From Octopus sinensis (taxonomy: Eukaryota), in NCBI RefSeq assembly GCF_006345805.1, contig NC_043005.1:38378001-38442000 (forward strand): 64,000 bases of DNA, given 5' to 3'. This document shows positions 24,620 through 38,199 of the stretch, piece after piece (positions within the stretch are counted from its first letter, which is position 1; every line of letters begins with the position of its first letter). Below the pieces are notes generated by a model that saw nothing but the letters and a program-made list of their open reading frames with translations, had not been told where the DNA came from and searched no databases. The translations under genes were made by a program, and so were the position numbers.

Positions 24620-24990
24620 TCCTTTCTGTTATAGGCACAAGGCCTGAAGTTTTGTGGGGAGGAGCTAGTCGATTCCAAGGACCCCAGAATTTCACTGGTA
24701 TTTAATTTATCGACCCTGAAAGGATGAAAGGCAAAGTCAACCTTGGCAGAATTTGAACTCAGAACAGGCAAAATACTGCTAATCATTTTGTCCAGCGTGC
24801 TAACAACTGTGCCAGCTCACCGCCTTAATAATGATAATAACGATAATAGTAATAATAATCCTTTCTACAGTAGGAACAAGGCCTGGAAGTTTGTGGGGAC
24901 TAGGGGGCTAGTGAATTACATTGAGCCAAGTGTTCAATTGGAACTTAGATTATTCACCTTTGCAGAATTTAAACTCAGAATGTAAAGACA
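24620..24990 (-). mobile_element. Two family-B SINE copies
   Basis: aggcacaaggcctgaagtttt...aggcaaagtcaacc. Confidence 0.8.
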
Positions 24991-25233
24991 TGAAATGCTA
25001 AACTAATAGTAATAACTGTATTAACAGAACAAAAAAAAAAATAATGGTCTACATGTTTTTGGCCTTTTTTTTTTACTCAAAAGTCGGAGAAAATTTATTT
25101 TTGAATTTCTTTAATGAAATATTTTGCAAATATAAAAAAAATGTTTTTTAGTTATCTCCTTCAAATTTTGTTTATCAAAACAAAATTCCTTTTGATTTTC
25201 AATGTTTAAAAAAAAATGCTGTAAATGTATACA

Positions 25234-25264
<31 letters not shown>

Positions 25265-25451
25265 AGAGAGAGCGAGAGAGAGAAAGAGAGAGAGAAGGGG
25301 AGAGAGAGGAAAGAGAGAGAGAGAAGGGGAGAGAGAGGAAAGAGAGAGAGAGAAGAGAGAGAGGAACAGCAGCAGCAATTCCACCTACATTTAGCAAGGC
25401 ATCAAAACTGGTACTACATCATCATCATCATCATCATCATCATAATCATCA

Positions 25452-25760
25452 TCATTTAACATCCGTTTTCCGTGCTAGCACGGGTTGGACGGTTCGACCG
25501 GGGTCTGGGAAGCCAGGAGGCTGCACCAGGCTCCAGTCTGATCTGGCAGTGTTTCTACAGCTGGATGCCTTTCCTAACTCCAACCACTCCGTGAGTGTAG
25601 TGGGTGCTTTTTACGTGCCACCGGCACATGCCAGGGGAGGCTGGAAGCGGCCACGATCGGTTGGTGCTTTTTAGGTGCCGCCGGCACAGAAGCCAGTCAA
25701 GGCGGCGCTGGCATCGGCCACATTCGGATGGTGCTTTTTACGTGTCACCGGCACATGTAT
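25452..25760 (-). mobile_element. Short element with RTE-type 3' tail, (GAT)n end and three internal repeats of gtgccggtggcacgtaaaaagcacc
   Basis: cagctggatgcctttcctaactccaacc tail motif, also at about 12345; repeated motif at about 25600, 25660, 25730. Confidence 0.65.
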
Positions 25761-25936
25761 CACAACTACAATTCCAATTTGATATTTATTTTGATGTTGA
25801 TGGTAAATAGCAGAAATATTTATAGTTTGAGAAATACCTTGATATCTTGCAGTTTTGACAATGAATGTACCTATGAACTCATACAGGAGGGAAATGAGTT
25901 ATATCAGATTTGTTTGGGTACAAACATACTTGATAT

Positions 25937-26340
25937 GGAGGTGCAGATATGGCTGCATTGTATGAAGCTTGCTTCTCAACCACATAGTTTCAGATTCCGT
26001 CCCACTGCATGGCACCTTGAGCAAGTGTTTTAACCTCAGGCCAACGAAAGCCTTGTGAGTTTATTTGGTAAAAAGCCGAAAGAAACTGAAAGATGACTGT
26101 CATTTATATGTATATGTATATGCATATAACTATGTGTATTATTACATATGTATTTGTTCCTCACCACTGTTAGCAAATGGTGTTGGTTTACTCGTATTTA
26201 CATCCCCATAACTTAGCAGTTTGGCAATAGAAATCAATAGAATAAGTACTGGAGTTGATTTCTTCCACAAAACCCTTCAAGGCAGTGTCACAACATGGCC
26301 GCAGTCCATGGAGTGAAACAAGTAAACAAGTAAAAGGTAA
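25937..26340 (+). mobile_element. SINE family A, diverged
   Basis: Head, body and tail homology. Confidence 0.8.
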
Positions 26341-26467
26341 AAGAAAGCTAAAAGATACACATACAGACACAGACACACACACACACACACACTCAAACAG
26401 ATAGATAGATGGATGGATGGATAGCAAATACATATATAATGTCTATGTATAAAAGCCTCAGTATACG

Positions 26468-27351
26468 CAGGGTGCTTGAGTAAATTGTCTCCATTTTATA
26501 TTTTTAATTTCATGCATGTGCATTGTTCTTTTTATTTTCTCAACTACACAGTATAGTAGGGTCGGTTGGGCACCATCTGGAGAAAAACAGCCCCATGATG
26601 TAATTCACTCTGAGAGAAATTTTGAAACAACATTCTGTACTGCTTGGAATTCTTGCCAGAAGTTCCAGTACGAACAGATGGTGAACACACAGAACAACTG
26701 TTGGCTTGCAATGTCCCCAAAACATACGCTGAGAGTAATAAAAATCAAACATTCAGTCAATACATGGTGTTTGAAGTGAACACTAGTAATGGTGATATTA
26801 TGCCTCCATTCCTCTTCCCTCACGGCTTCAGACTCAACACGGAGGACTACATCAAGTGCTTGGAGGAAGTGGTGCTGCCCTGGATGAAGAGGATGGCTGC
26901 TGGAAGACCCTAGGTCTGGCAACAGGACCCTGCCCCAAGTCACACAAGCAGGAAAACACAGACACGGCTGTCAGACAATTTCTGCAACCACATCACCCCT
27001 CACATCTGGCCACCTAACTCCCCAGACTGCAACCCGCTTGATTATTATGTGTAGGGAACATTTGAATTAGAGACCAACAACACTTCTAGTAACACCGAAG
27101 ATGAAATGAAAGCAAGGATTATAGCAGCATTCACCAAATTAAACAAGGAGACTGTCCAAAAGAGTTGCATGAGATTCTAAAGTCATCTGGTGGCCATGGT
27201 TGAAGCCAATGGCGATTTTATTGAATAAATTTATTCTTTACTATTTCGAGGTATTTTGGGGTAATTTTGGTAAGCATATCTGTTAAAATGAGTTGCCAGT
27301 GTTATTTTCCTTTTTGGGTAATTTAGACGACAATATATTCACTACACCTTG
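26468..27351 (+). mobile_element. Tc1/mariner superfamily, DD37D (maT-type) transposon; internally deleted with in-frame stops
   Basis: WQQD(26926)PAPSHTSRK...WPPNSPDCNPLD(27040)YY with 37 residues between the Asp residues; degenerate TIR cagggtg...attgtc; right end followed by TA. Confidence 0.9.
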
Positions 27352-27410
27352 TATATCTAATTGTATATATACAAACATAAATATATATGTATGAATATAA
27401 ATTCATATAT

Positions 27411-27443
<33 letters not shown>

Positions 27444-27739
27444 ACATATATCTTGATTACATTATAAAGTAGGTTTCCTTGCTTATATTCGTACAAGGAA
27501 AGAAGAATGCTTAATGTTCATGCTAATATCACGAAAGTGAATATGTGAAGACATGTATGCAGAAGAAATAAGTTATCAATCCAATATCAGGATTCCATGC
27601 TGCTCTACACATTCTGAAGCTGCTGTAAGTGTCATATTCAGTAGGAAAGAAGAATATTACTGAAGATGAAAATCTCCATCACATTAAAGAATCATGCAGT
27701 TGTATAAAGTCATAGTATTGGTGTTTTTTTATCTAAAGT

Positions 27740-27750
27740 TTTTATCTAAC

Positions 27751-27781
<31 letters not shown>

Positions 27782-27937
27782 CATATACATATACATACAT
27801 ACTTATATATATATATATATTATATATATATATATATATTATATATATATATATATGTCTATGTGTGTGTGTTTCTGTCTTTATATATATAAATTTAGAA
27901 ATACATACACACACATATGTATATATGTACATGTATG

Positions 27938-27984
<47 letters not shown>

Positions 27985-28019
27985 TATATATAATATATAT
28001 ATATATAATATATATATAT

Positions 28020-28058
<39 letters not shown>

Positions 28059-28109
28059 TAGATATACACATAAATGTAAATACATATATATATATGTGTG
28101 TGTGTGTGA

Positions 28110-28150
<41 letters not shown>

Positions 28151-28230
28151 CATGCGTATGCATGTGGATGGATATATATATATATATATCCATCCACATG
28201 CATACGCATGCATACATGTACATATATTAT
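27740..28230. repeat. Long compound (TG)n/(TA)n/(TAGA)n microsatellite
   Basis: Directly visible. Confidence 0.95.
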
Positions 28231-28499
28231 ATACTCATATATCCATCTGTGTATCATAGTTAATGCAAATACATGGCAAAAAGACATATTAACTTCAGCA
28301 TTTATCCCTTTTGGACGTACTGTGCTGAAAAATAGGAATATATTTCAATAGTAAGCAAAAAGTAACCAGCAGCAGTAGTGACAATGTTAGATGTGCATTT
28401 ATGTCTTTTTGAGCTTTGTCAGTAGCATGTACTTACTGTCAAGCATATGATAAGACAAAATCAGTTGCTACCAACATAAATAAACAGATGGAAATGTTG

Positions 28500-28543
28500 A
28501 CAGTGACTTTGAAATTTCAGCTTGCTTGTCTTCATCAGACTAC
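28500..28543 (-). ncRNA. Decayed hammerhead motif
   Basis: GTAGT-CTGATGA-AGAC-aagcaa-GCT-GAAA-TTTCAAAG-TC-ACTGT. Confidence 0.55.
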
Positions 28544-29154
28544 TTTACTTTGGGTTTCTTCTTTTGGTTTATAAAATTTTAGGCCTGTTAATTTTTTCTT
28601 CTTTTTTTTTTGTATCTGTTGGTGGAGTCATGTGAATGAGATTTTTGTGTGATGTAGTTAGACAGGATAAGTAGTTGTGTTGGAAAAAGGAAGCAGAGAA
28701 GTATTGCAAAGTATGTGTTTGTAGAGTGTAGGTTGATAGAGATAGATGGTGAAGGGATTTGCTTTTGTTTGATGTAGGAATTTTGTCATTGCTTAGGGTA
28801 TGCATGTGTATATGGATGGATCTCCCTTACTTCAGAGGACGAATTATTGTTTGATTAACTGAATTACCTGCTCTTGAATTAAGGATTAAATAGTTGAAAA
28901 ATGTAAATCCCAAACAAAATAAGTGTGAGACAGTATGATAAAGTTGTACCTTTGAATTATTGACAAACACAATCTGGAGAGTTTCTTCACACTTTACATT
29001 ATTCCAATTTCTCTTGGATGTTATAAATCAACACAATGGTATAGAAAATGACATTTTCCTGAATTGCTGGGCAGTCAGATCAAGCCCGAAACAATTTGGT
29101 TGTGACGTGAACTTCATAAGCATCAGCCACAGTCTAATGATTGAAACAAATTTT

Positions 29155-29485
29155 AGATAGTGTAACTGGCACTTCGTTGGTTACAACGATGAGGGATCCA
29201 GCTGATCAAATCAACGGAACAGCCTGCTCGTGAAATTAACTTGCAAAATGGCTGATCATTCTACAGACACGAGCACCCTTTACGTAGTGCTCAAGGAGAT
29301 TCAGCATCACACAGAATGTGACATCACTAACCCTTTGAAATAAAGATAGTACTCGTTTTTTGCCCGCAGAGTGAACTGGACCAGCATGAAATAAAGTGTC
29401 TTGCTTAAGGACACCGCCGGAAATTGAACTCATGGCCTTACGATTGTGAACCGAATACCCTAACCACTAAGCCACGTGCCTTCAC
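29155..29485 (-). mobile_element. tRNA-derived SINE related to family C (same head and core, different 3' body)
   Basis: gtgaaggcacgtggcttagtggttaggg head; tccttaagcaagacactttatttcatgctggtccagttcac core. Confidence 0.75.
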
Positions 29486-30300
29486 TAATAGATAATATAG
29501 ATATTATCTCTTCTTGGGATAGAGAGATTGTCTTGTATCCTGCAAGCTTGAAAGGTAGCAAGTGATGGATAGTTGTAGAAGTGGATAATGTTTACCATCA
29601 AGGACGTGTGTCAGTCATGAATGACCTATGGAAAGGCATGAATGGGTAACCATACAGAAGTGGGATAAGACATTCACTTTTATTTGTAACATTTGTTTCA
29701 CAGGCATTGTGCTGGGAAAACGAAGTCAAGTGATAAGAATGTGGGGGTGTATAGGAAGAAATCTAATTTTTATTCCGTGTTTTATGGATAGCATGGCATG
29801 GTGAATATAGAAGAGAGCGAATAATAGGCTCGTCTATGAATTATGTAACATTGGGTCTATAAATACTCGAAGTATTTCTCTTCATTGCATTGATTTACGC
29901 CCGAGATATCATCATCATCGTTTAACGTATATACACATACACATGTGTATATATAATTGTTTTTGGCTTCCTATGATCTTGCAAGCTGACAAACTCCCTC
30001 TAAATCTAGTTAGTTCTTGACTGTTCATATTGTGTCTCTTTGTAAGGAATTCTTTTGTGCAAATAGTCCAAAAATCCAATTTCCGATAATGTTGCATAAT
30101 TCAGCCCCACCATACACTTTCATGGAAAAAAAAAATTCAACTCCTTTTCTTTTACTCAGAAAAACAAAACAAACAAGAAAATTCCTTGAGCATATAATTA
30201 TCTTGATGCGAGTTCATTGAATGAAGCGATAGCACTGCTGAAGGCTACAACATTGAAAAGCAGTGGTTTAGTTATGGAAGAACAACATTGTATAATATCT

Positions 30301-30461
30301 TGGCTGTGTGGTAAGTAACTTGCTAACCAACCACATGGTTCCGGGTTCAGCTCCACTGCGTGGCATCTTGGGCAAGTGTCTTCTGCTATAGCCCCGGGCC
30401 GACCAATGCCTTGTGAGTGGATTTGGTAGACGTAAACTGAAAGAAGCCTGTCGTATATATG

Positions 30462-30492
<31 letters not shown>

Positions 30493-30700
30493 TTGTGTGT
30501 CTGTGTTTGTCCCCCTAGCATTGCTTGACAACCAATGCTGGTGTGTTTACATCCCCGTTACTTAGCGGTTCGGCAAAAGAGACCGATAGAATAAGTACTG
30601 GGCTTACAAAGAATAAGTCCCAGGGTCGATTTGCTCGACTATAGGCGGTGCTCCAGCATGGCCACAGTCAAATGACTGAAACAAGTAAAATAATAAAAGA
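30301..30700 (+). mobile_element. SINE family A, young copy
   Basis: Near-identical to the other young copies. Confidence 0.9.
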
Positions 30701-31737
30701 GTAAACTGAGTACATGTACAGTACTATTTGTACTCAGTACTAGTAAAAAAAATTCTATAACAGATATAATGTTGTTCTAAGGACATACAATTGTTACATA
30801 ATTGCAATGATACAATAATTTCCATTCTAAGTGTAACAGAATCCTTGATATGCTTTCTAACGATTGCTAATTTGGTTTCAGCAGTGTTAATTATCCTGCA
30901 TTGAAGATTAGAAGAAAATTAGCTTTGTAGTCTTCAAGAGTAATATATGGTGTGTGTAGGGTTAATGATCTTACTCTCTCGTTATTAAGAGTAGTGGTGT
31001 TCCCTTTAGCTAATACGTTTGTGGAGTTGTATGCATTTGTGTCAGAATATTTTAATTATAAATCTTCCAAGATAACAGTTTATGTTAAGTTTATGCATTT
31101 TGGCAATTCCATAAAATAAGCTTTTTATTAAATAAAATCACTCATAGAACACACGCTGACAAATACCCATTACCTCTTTTGCTCTAGTTTGTGTTGCATA
31201 TTGTGATTAACAAGTGATTTCTTGAGCAAATCACACTAATTAAATGAAATGTTCGAGTTACTGGGACCCTGTCGACATTCTGCAAGATATTTGTTTTGTA
31301 ACATACCTCAAAACATCTAATCAACTAATCATTTTTTAAGGGGGGGGTGAATAATTGGATCACCATGACACCATATTTGTTTTCATTCTTGTTTGTGTTG
31401 TGAGATTTTTCATTGAAAGATTTTAGCAAAATCTTTTACAGATAGAAATTGTAGTCTTAAATGTTATACTTGTTATGGTCAAAGCTATTTTAATCTTCTC
31501 TTCCGCATTCTCATCCTCCTCCACTTCCGCCTCCTCCTCAACCTCCTCCTCCTCCTCGTCTTCCCCCCTCCTCCTCTCCTCGTCTTCCCCCCTCCTCCTC
31601 TCATCGTCTTCCTCCTCCTTCTCTCATCGTCTTCCTTCTCCTCTCCTCTTCATCTTCCTCCTTCCCCCTCCTCCCCTCCACCTCCTCTCATCGTCTTCCT
31701 CCTTCCCCTCCCCCCTCATCATCATTACTATTATTCC

Positions 31738-31992
31738 TTCGTAACACAGTATAGGTAAAAATGCAACGGATCCTTAGTCATCTGTCAAGTCACAACAAGG
31801 ACTTCAGACAGATAGTACTTACCTTAAGATGTGCACTGTGCCCACTAAGGCTGCTTTTTGCAAGATATCAATCTTGCATAGGCTTTCCAGTTGCGTTTAG
31901 AAGTTTTGAAGTTTCAATGGGTTTGAGCCCAGTGCTCCGATCACCACTGGTATCACTTTTACATTGCCCTCTCGCATTCTATACAGTCTTGC

Positions 31993-31993
<1 letters not shown>
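31738..31993 (-). mobile_element. R4/Dong-like LINE 3' fragment (restriction-like endonuclease C-terminus)
   Basis: RLYRMREGNVKVIPVVIGALG...LQKAALVGTVHILR; abuts (ATT)n. Confidence 0.75.
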
Positions 31994-32965
<972 letters not shown>

Positions 32966-32993
32966 GCATCAAGGCAATTATTATTATCATCAC

Positions 32994-33053
<60 letters not shown>

Positions 33054-33061
33054 AATTATTA

Positions 33062-33620
33062 TCTCTTTATCACGGGTTTTATTGGAGCTCCTGGATGGAG
33101 TCTATCATACGTAGCGAGTTGACTACCTGCAGCCTATGGTACCATACCATTCGTTCTTTTCAGCTATCTAATACTTACCTGATTATTCTGGCCATGCCAA
33201 GGAGGCAAACCTTTTGTAACAGTTCTATGAGGAATTCTGTTCCAATTTCCGTTATATTCCTCTTGATGCTTCATAATACTGTTCTCAATGACCCAACAAT
33301 AATTGGTACTGTTTTCACCTTCATTTTTGCTAGCTGGACTATTTCGTACTTAGAGGGTTATATCAATCTATCTATCTTTTCGCCTTCTTTCTTGACTATT
33401 TGTAGGTCAAAGGGGCATGCAACATCAACTATATAGCATATGTGGTGCACCTTGTTCACCACCATTAGGTCCGGCCTGTTATACTCTGGCACGTGATGTG
33501 TTTAGATTGGGAAATCCCAGACTATTTTGCTCGCCTCCAACTCCACCTCTCTTTGCATTTTGTACTCATACCACGTCTTGCTTCTCTAGCGTCCCCCCCC
33601 CCCTTTTGCAGTTTTCCGTG
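33062..33620 (-). mobile_element. R4/Dong-like RLE domain remnant, divergent family
   Basis: WDFPI...NRPDLMVVNKVHHICYIVDVACPFD...VPIIVGSL...LQKVCLLGMARIIR (PD...D catalytic motif). Confidence 0.8.
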
Positions 33621-34475
33621 TAGCACTTTCACTACTTGTAATGGTTTGGACAAATCTAGGGCATTCGTTCGTGATATGGGCAATGATTTCATTCACACTA
33701 TTGCAAAGCAAGCTTCTGAAATTATGGTTACGTTTCTGGAAAACATTCTTTAAGTAAAAAAAAAAAAGAAAAGAGAATGTTACCTGGGCTTTGTGTGAAG
33801 TTTTCATTCTGCCGTCATGTACAAATACATATACATACAATAACTAATGGTTCATCGAATAGCTAGAAGGCTTTATGCTACAATAATCTAGATCGGTAGT
33901 GATTGAAGAGAATGTTATGCTAGGTATGTGTACAGCACATCATAACAAGGAGACCTGAGTCTGGAAGAGTGACAACAATATTAGACTGAGATTAATTGTT
34001 CCTTCAGAACATTCTATGAACATATCATATTATTAAGATTGCAGATTTTCAATTATTAGACTAGTGTTATGGAAATATGATGATAAATGAAAGTGTGTTG
34101 AGCTACTAATATATAAGAGTTTGCAGAGGTGATGTCCACATGAACACGAACACTGATAGTCGAAGGAGTTGTCTTTGTTAACAAATTTAGGCTATAACCA
34201 GAACAAAGGGAATATCACAAGAAATTGGTTGGTTATAGTTGGTTAGGTATAACTAGTTAGTTGACTGTAGTCAATGTAGGGTTATTTAACTAAAAGTAAT
34301 AAAGACTTAAACTACAATGGTTATAATTGCTTTAAGATGTGCTTTCGGTTATCAATAGAGAGGAATAAGTAAATATGGAGGTGGAACCAAATCATAGGAA
34401 ATGAAGAGAAATATCTGGTTAGGTGAGAAATAAATAATAAACAGAATATTTCCAAAGAATATTAAAATCAACAAC

Positions 34476-34527
<52 letters not shown>

Positions 34528-34649
34528 CACACGCACACACACACATACAGTCTTTATTTCAAAGGGAAGTTAGGGGTAGTTGCCCTCATAGTGAGAATGA
34601 AATAAAATTACATGCCAAGTGTGATGTATTAGTAAATTTTAGTAGCATG

Positions 34650-35185
34650 TGCTCCACTTTTTGTGATTGTTCTGCATCTAGCTCCGTCCCTCTACCATTC
34701 GGGCAATGCAGGAGATGGAAGTTCCATTTTGGCATTCTATGGAGAATTAGTGAGGACAAAAGTGCGCTTCTATGAAAATCAACTGGCTGCTGTTTCGGAG
34801 GACTTTCGGGACACCTACCTGGAAAACTCTGAGGACTGGATGTTAAAACTTGTTTCAAAGAAGGAAAACAAGAAAGCGTCATACTCAGTAACAAAACAGG
34901 CAAAAGTATATCTTACTGAATTCCAAATACAACAAATTCCAGAATTAGACGTACTAGAAACAAGCACAGAAAAAGCTAAGCGTATGAAAACCCGTGCTGA
35001 AACTGTTGCCTTAGATATTCTTACTGATAAATGGCAAGAAAAACCTCACAATAGCAAATATCCCAAAAGAGATAATAGAACCTACGTTGACAAAGCTTTT
35101 ACCCATCAATGTTTAGTGTCTTTTGGCTTAAAATCAGAAACAGAAGGGTTTATCATAGCGGCCTAAGATCAATGCTTGACTAAAT
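34650..35185 (+). mobile_element. R4/Dong-like LINE post-RT region
   Basis: KWQEKPHNSKY...VDKAFTHQCL...GLKSETEGFIIAA*DQCL. Confidence 0.8.
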
Positions 35186-35505
35186 GAAGTAGGGCAAGGG
35201 ATGACAGGCGGTAATAGATGACCGAAACGATGTACGCATTCGCCACCTTCTCCCGACATTTCAGGGACAGTTTCCTCTCTGCTCATTTCTGGGTGAGATT
35301 GGCTACCCTGCTAGTCACCTACTTCCATTTCTTGTCCACATGGAAGCCCGGACTAAACCAGACCCCGAGCAATTTAACCGGTCCGTCAGTCCAGCGCCCT
35401 ACAATGCTGTCGGTTGGCATTGACCTGCCTCTCTAGGTGCCGGGCTGCAGGTCCATCGACTTTTCCTGATTAATCTTTGCTCCTGTCACCGCTCCGTACC
35501 CTCTA
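35186..35505 (-). mobile_element. L1/Tx1-type RT C-terminal (thumb) fragment
   Basis: GAKINQEKS...GPVKLLGVWF...VTSRVANLTQK*AERKLSLKCREKVANAYIVSVIYYRL. Confidence 0.75.
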
Positions 35506-35519
35506 ATAATAATAATAAC

Positions 35520-35586
<67 letters not shown>

Positions 35587-35589
<3 letters not shown>

Positions 35590-35908
35590 GAGAAACTCTC
35601 AAAATACAAAGACCTGGAAATAGAGGTAACTAGAATGTGGAATCTGAAAACAGAAACAATTCCTATCATAGTAGGTGCATTAGGCATGATAAAAAAATAT
35701 TCAGACAAATACATAACAAAAACACCAGGACTTACAAACACATATAACATACAGAAAATTGCACTACTAGGCACTGCACACATCCTACGCAGAACACTTT
35801 CCATACAATAACCATCAGAGCATCACAACAAATCACAGCACATACCCAAGGCACACAGAGCTGTGCTCGGTAGTGAAGTGAAAGCACGCTATAAAAATAA
35901 AACTACTG
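35587..35908 (+). mobile_element. R4/Dong-like LINE 3' end, 5'-truncated, flanked on both sides by (AAT)n
   Basis: EKLSKYKDLEIEVTRMWNLKTETIPIIVGALG...LLGTAHILRRTLSIQ*; ends aaactactg(aat)n. Confidence 0.9.
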
Positions 35909-35929
35909 AATAATAATAATAATAATAAT

Positions 35930-36015
<86 letters not shown>

Positions 36016-36274
36016 TTTAAATGACTGACGTCACTCTTCACAAAGGTGAACAGACAAGAAGAATAGTGCAATGCGATTGAAATAGATATTTTATTGGCCG
36101 AACGATCTATTGACCGCAAGCGTGTCTTTGTCGAGTTCAAAATAAAAAGTGATAAAAATTCAATATTATAGAAATTCAAATCTAAAGTATGAACGAGAGC
36201 AACCACCGTCCACAGGTTGATAGAATGACATAACAAGTTTTTAAGTTTCAATTTTATAACTGGCGGAAAGAATA

Positions 36275-36307
<33 letters not shown>

Positions 36308-36399
36308 AAAAAGAAAGAAAAAAGAAAATGAAAAAGAAGAATATTTGATCAAATAGTTATGTATAAGTTTGATGATATTCTCCCGTCATTTTATTCATT

Positions 36400-36900
36400 C
36401 CTCCGTGGTGTGATGTTAATAATCCGCAAACATATTTCTCCTCATGCATTTTTAGTATTGAAAATGAAGAGATTCAGAATATTTTCTGAGAATATGCACT
36501 TTCGAGTCTTTTTTCAAAATTGCAGCCAGCTGTCGAACTACCGTTATTGTGCCTGACATCATATCTGTGCCCATTAAATCTTTTGTTGTGTTTCGTGCAT
36601 TCTACTGCGTACACCAAATAGGAATCTCCACATGTCCCATCTTCTGTATAAAACATAACATTTCTGCTATGATTCCTGGTGGAATTCACTTGACTCACGT
36701 TGTTGCACAATGAACAGCGTTTACCTCTCTTGCGGCTGTTTTTCAAGGTACAGCGTGCAAATACTCCAATGTTAGTTTTCTTGGAGTCAGAAATAGAGGT
36801 CAATAGTTCTCTTATATTGTTTTCCTGTCCAACACGAGTCTATGAATTCTTCGGGTTTAAATCATATTCTTTTTTTTTTTCTTCCGAAATTTCATCTAAT
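36400..36900 (-). mobile_element. Penelope-like GIY-YIG remnant with upstream Cys motif (Neptune-like)
   Basis: GKRCSLCNNV...TCGDSYLVYAVECTKHNKRFNGHRYDVRHN...EEKYVCGL. Confidence 0.75.
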
Positions 36901-38199
36901 AGTTTATGCATCGTCCTTGTTTGGACAGACAATTATCATAATACTTTTCTTTCATTTAGCCATATTTCAAATTACCACAGAAGAGTGCCAGCATAAATAA
37001 ATGCAATTGGCAACCGAAGCAAATTTGTGGAGTGAATAAAATATTAGAAAAGCTTTTTTAAAAAAAGTCTAGTAAAAACCATTTCTAATAACAATGAAAA
37101 AAGAATCTGACACATATTTATAGAAAAATAATGAAATTGTGGCAGAAAATGGTGACAATATTAACTTAAACATTCACAGCAAAACTGTAAATAAGAACAT
37201 CAACGAAAATAACAAATAGAAAAGTACTAACACACATAAATACATACATACATTCATGCATGCACGTATGTATACATGCATACATGCATACATACACATA
37301 CATACATACATAAATACATACAAACATGCATGCACATATGAATACATGCATATTACATGCGTTCATACATACATGCTTACATGTACACATACATACACAC
37401 ACATACATACATACATACATACATACATACATACAACATACATACATACATACATACATATATACACACGCACAAATACATGTACTAACATTTACATACA
37501 TATACTGACACGCTTGATTTTGCCAAGTGTATATAGTCGAGTCTTCGGAAAAAGTAACCAGGAAAGCACAGAAAGGGCAGCAGCAGAACCAGAAACAGCT
37601 ACAGCTGATCCCTGAGGCTACTTTTTCAACATCTGGAAATAGAAGAGAAAATTACCTCGTTATTTGTTTCCAGATGACCAGGCCAAATCCCAATTTCGTA
37701 GTAGTGACACCTCTCTTTTTGCGGGGATGTGGTAGCCGAAAGAGAAGTATCGGACCGTCACGAAAGGAAAGATAAATGTAGGTACGTACAACCAGATGTT
37801 TACGACACTAGAAGAAAGTTTTTTTCCATGAAGTCTCCCAGTCTTACGAAGAACCGAAATTACGAACTAAATTAACTTAACTTGGGTAACATAGACCAAC
37901 AAATATACTGGCGGAAGAGAGATAGAATGCGAATATTGGAAGCAATAGCAGGGTAAGATTTTAGGGAAGCTCACAGCAGTAGTCCACAGACGTTTAAAAG
38001 ATCATACGTCTGCGGCTGTTGCATTATTCAAGTCTCAATTTGCCCCACCAAATGCTTATTTGGGCGTACCTATGTCCAAAGCAACGAGTGTCATGCGAGC
38101 TACACAGACAATCGTGCCTGCCTGCCACTTGTTGAAAAGCAGGAACAATTGTATAAATTGCACTGTAGTATAAATTTCATAATTGGATATCATAGCTCT

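Noticed and set aside
25590-25760. CRISPR-like repeat-spacer array
   Set aside because: Only three imperfect units inside a eukaryotic retro-element; no cas genes
29060-29100. GGGC...GCCC-GAAA-CAATTTG hairpin
   Set aside because: Upstream CUGANGA core and stem I are missing
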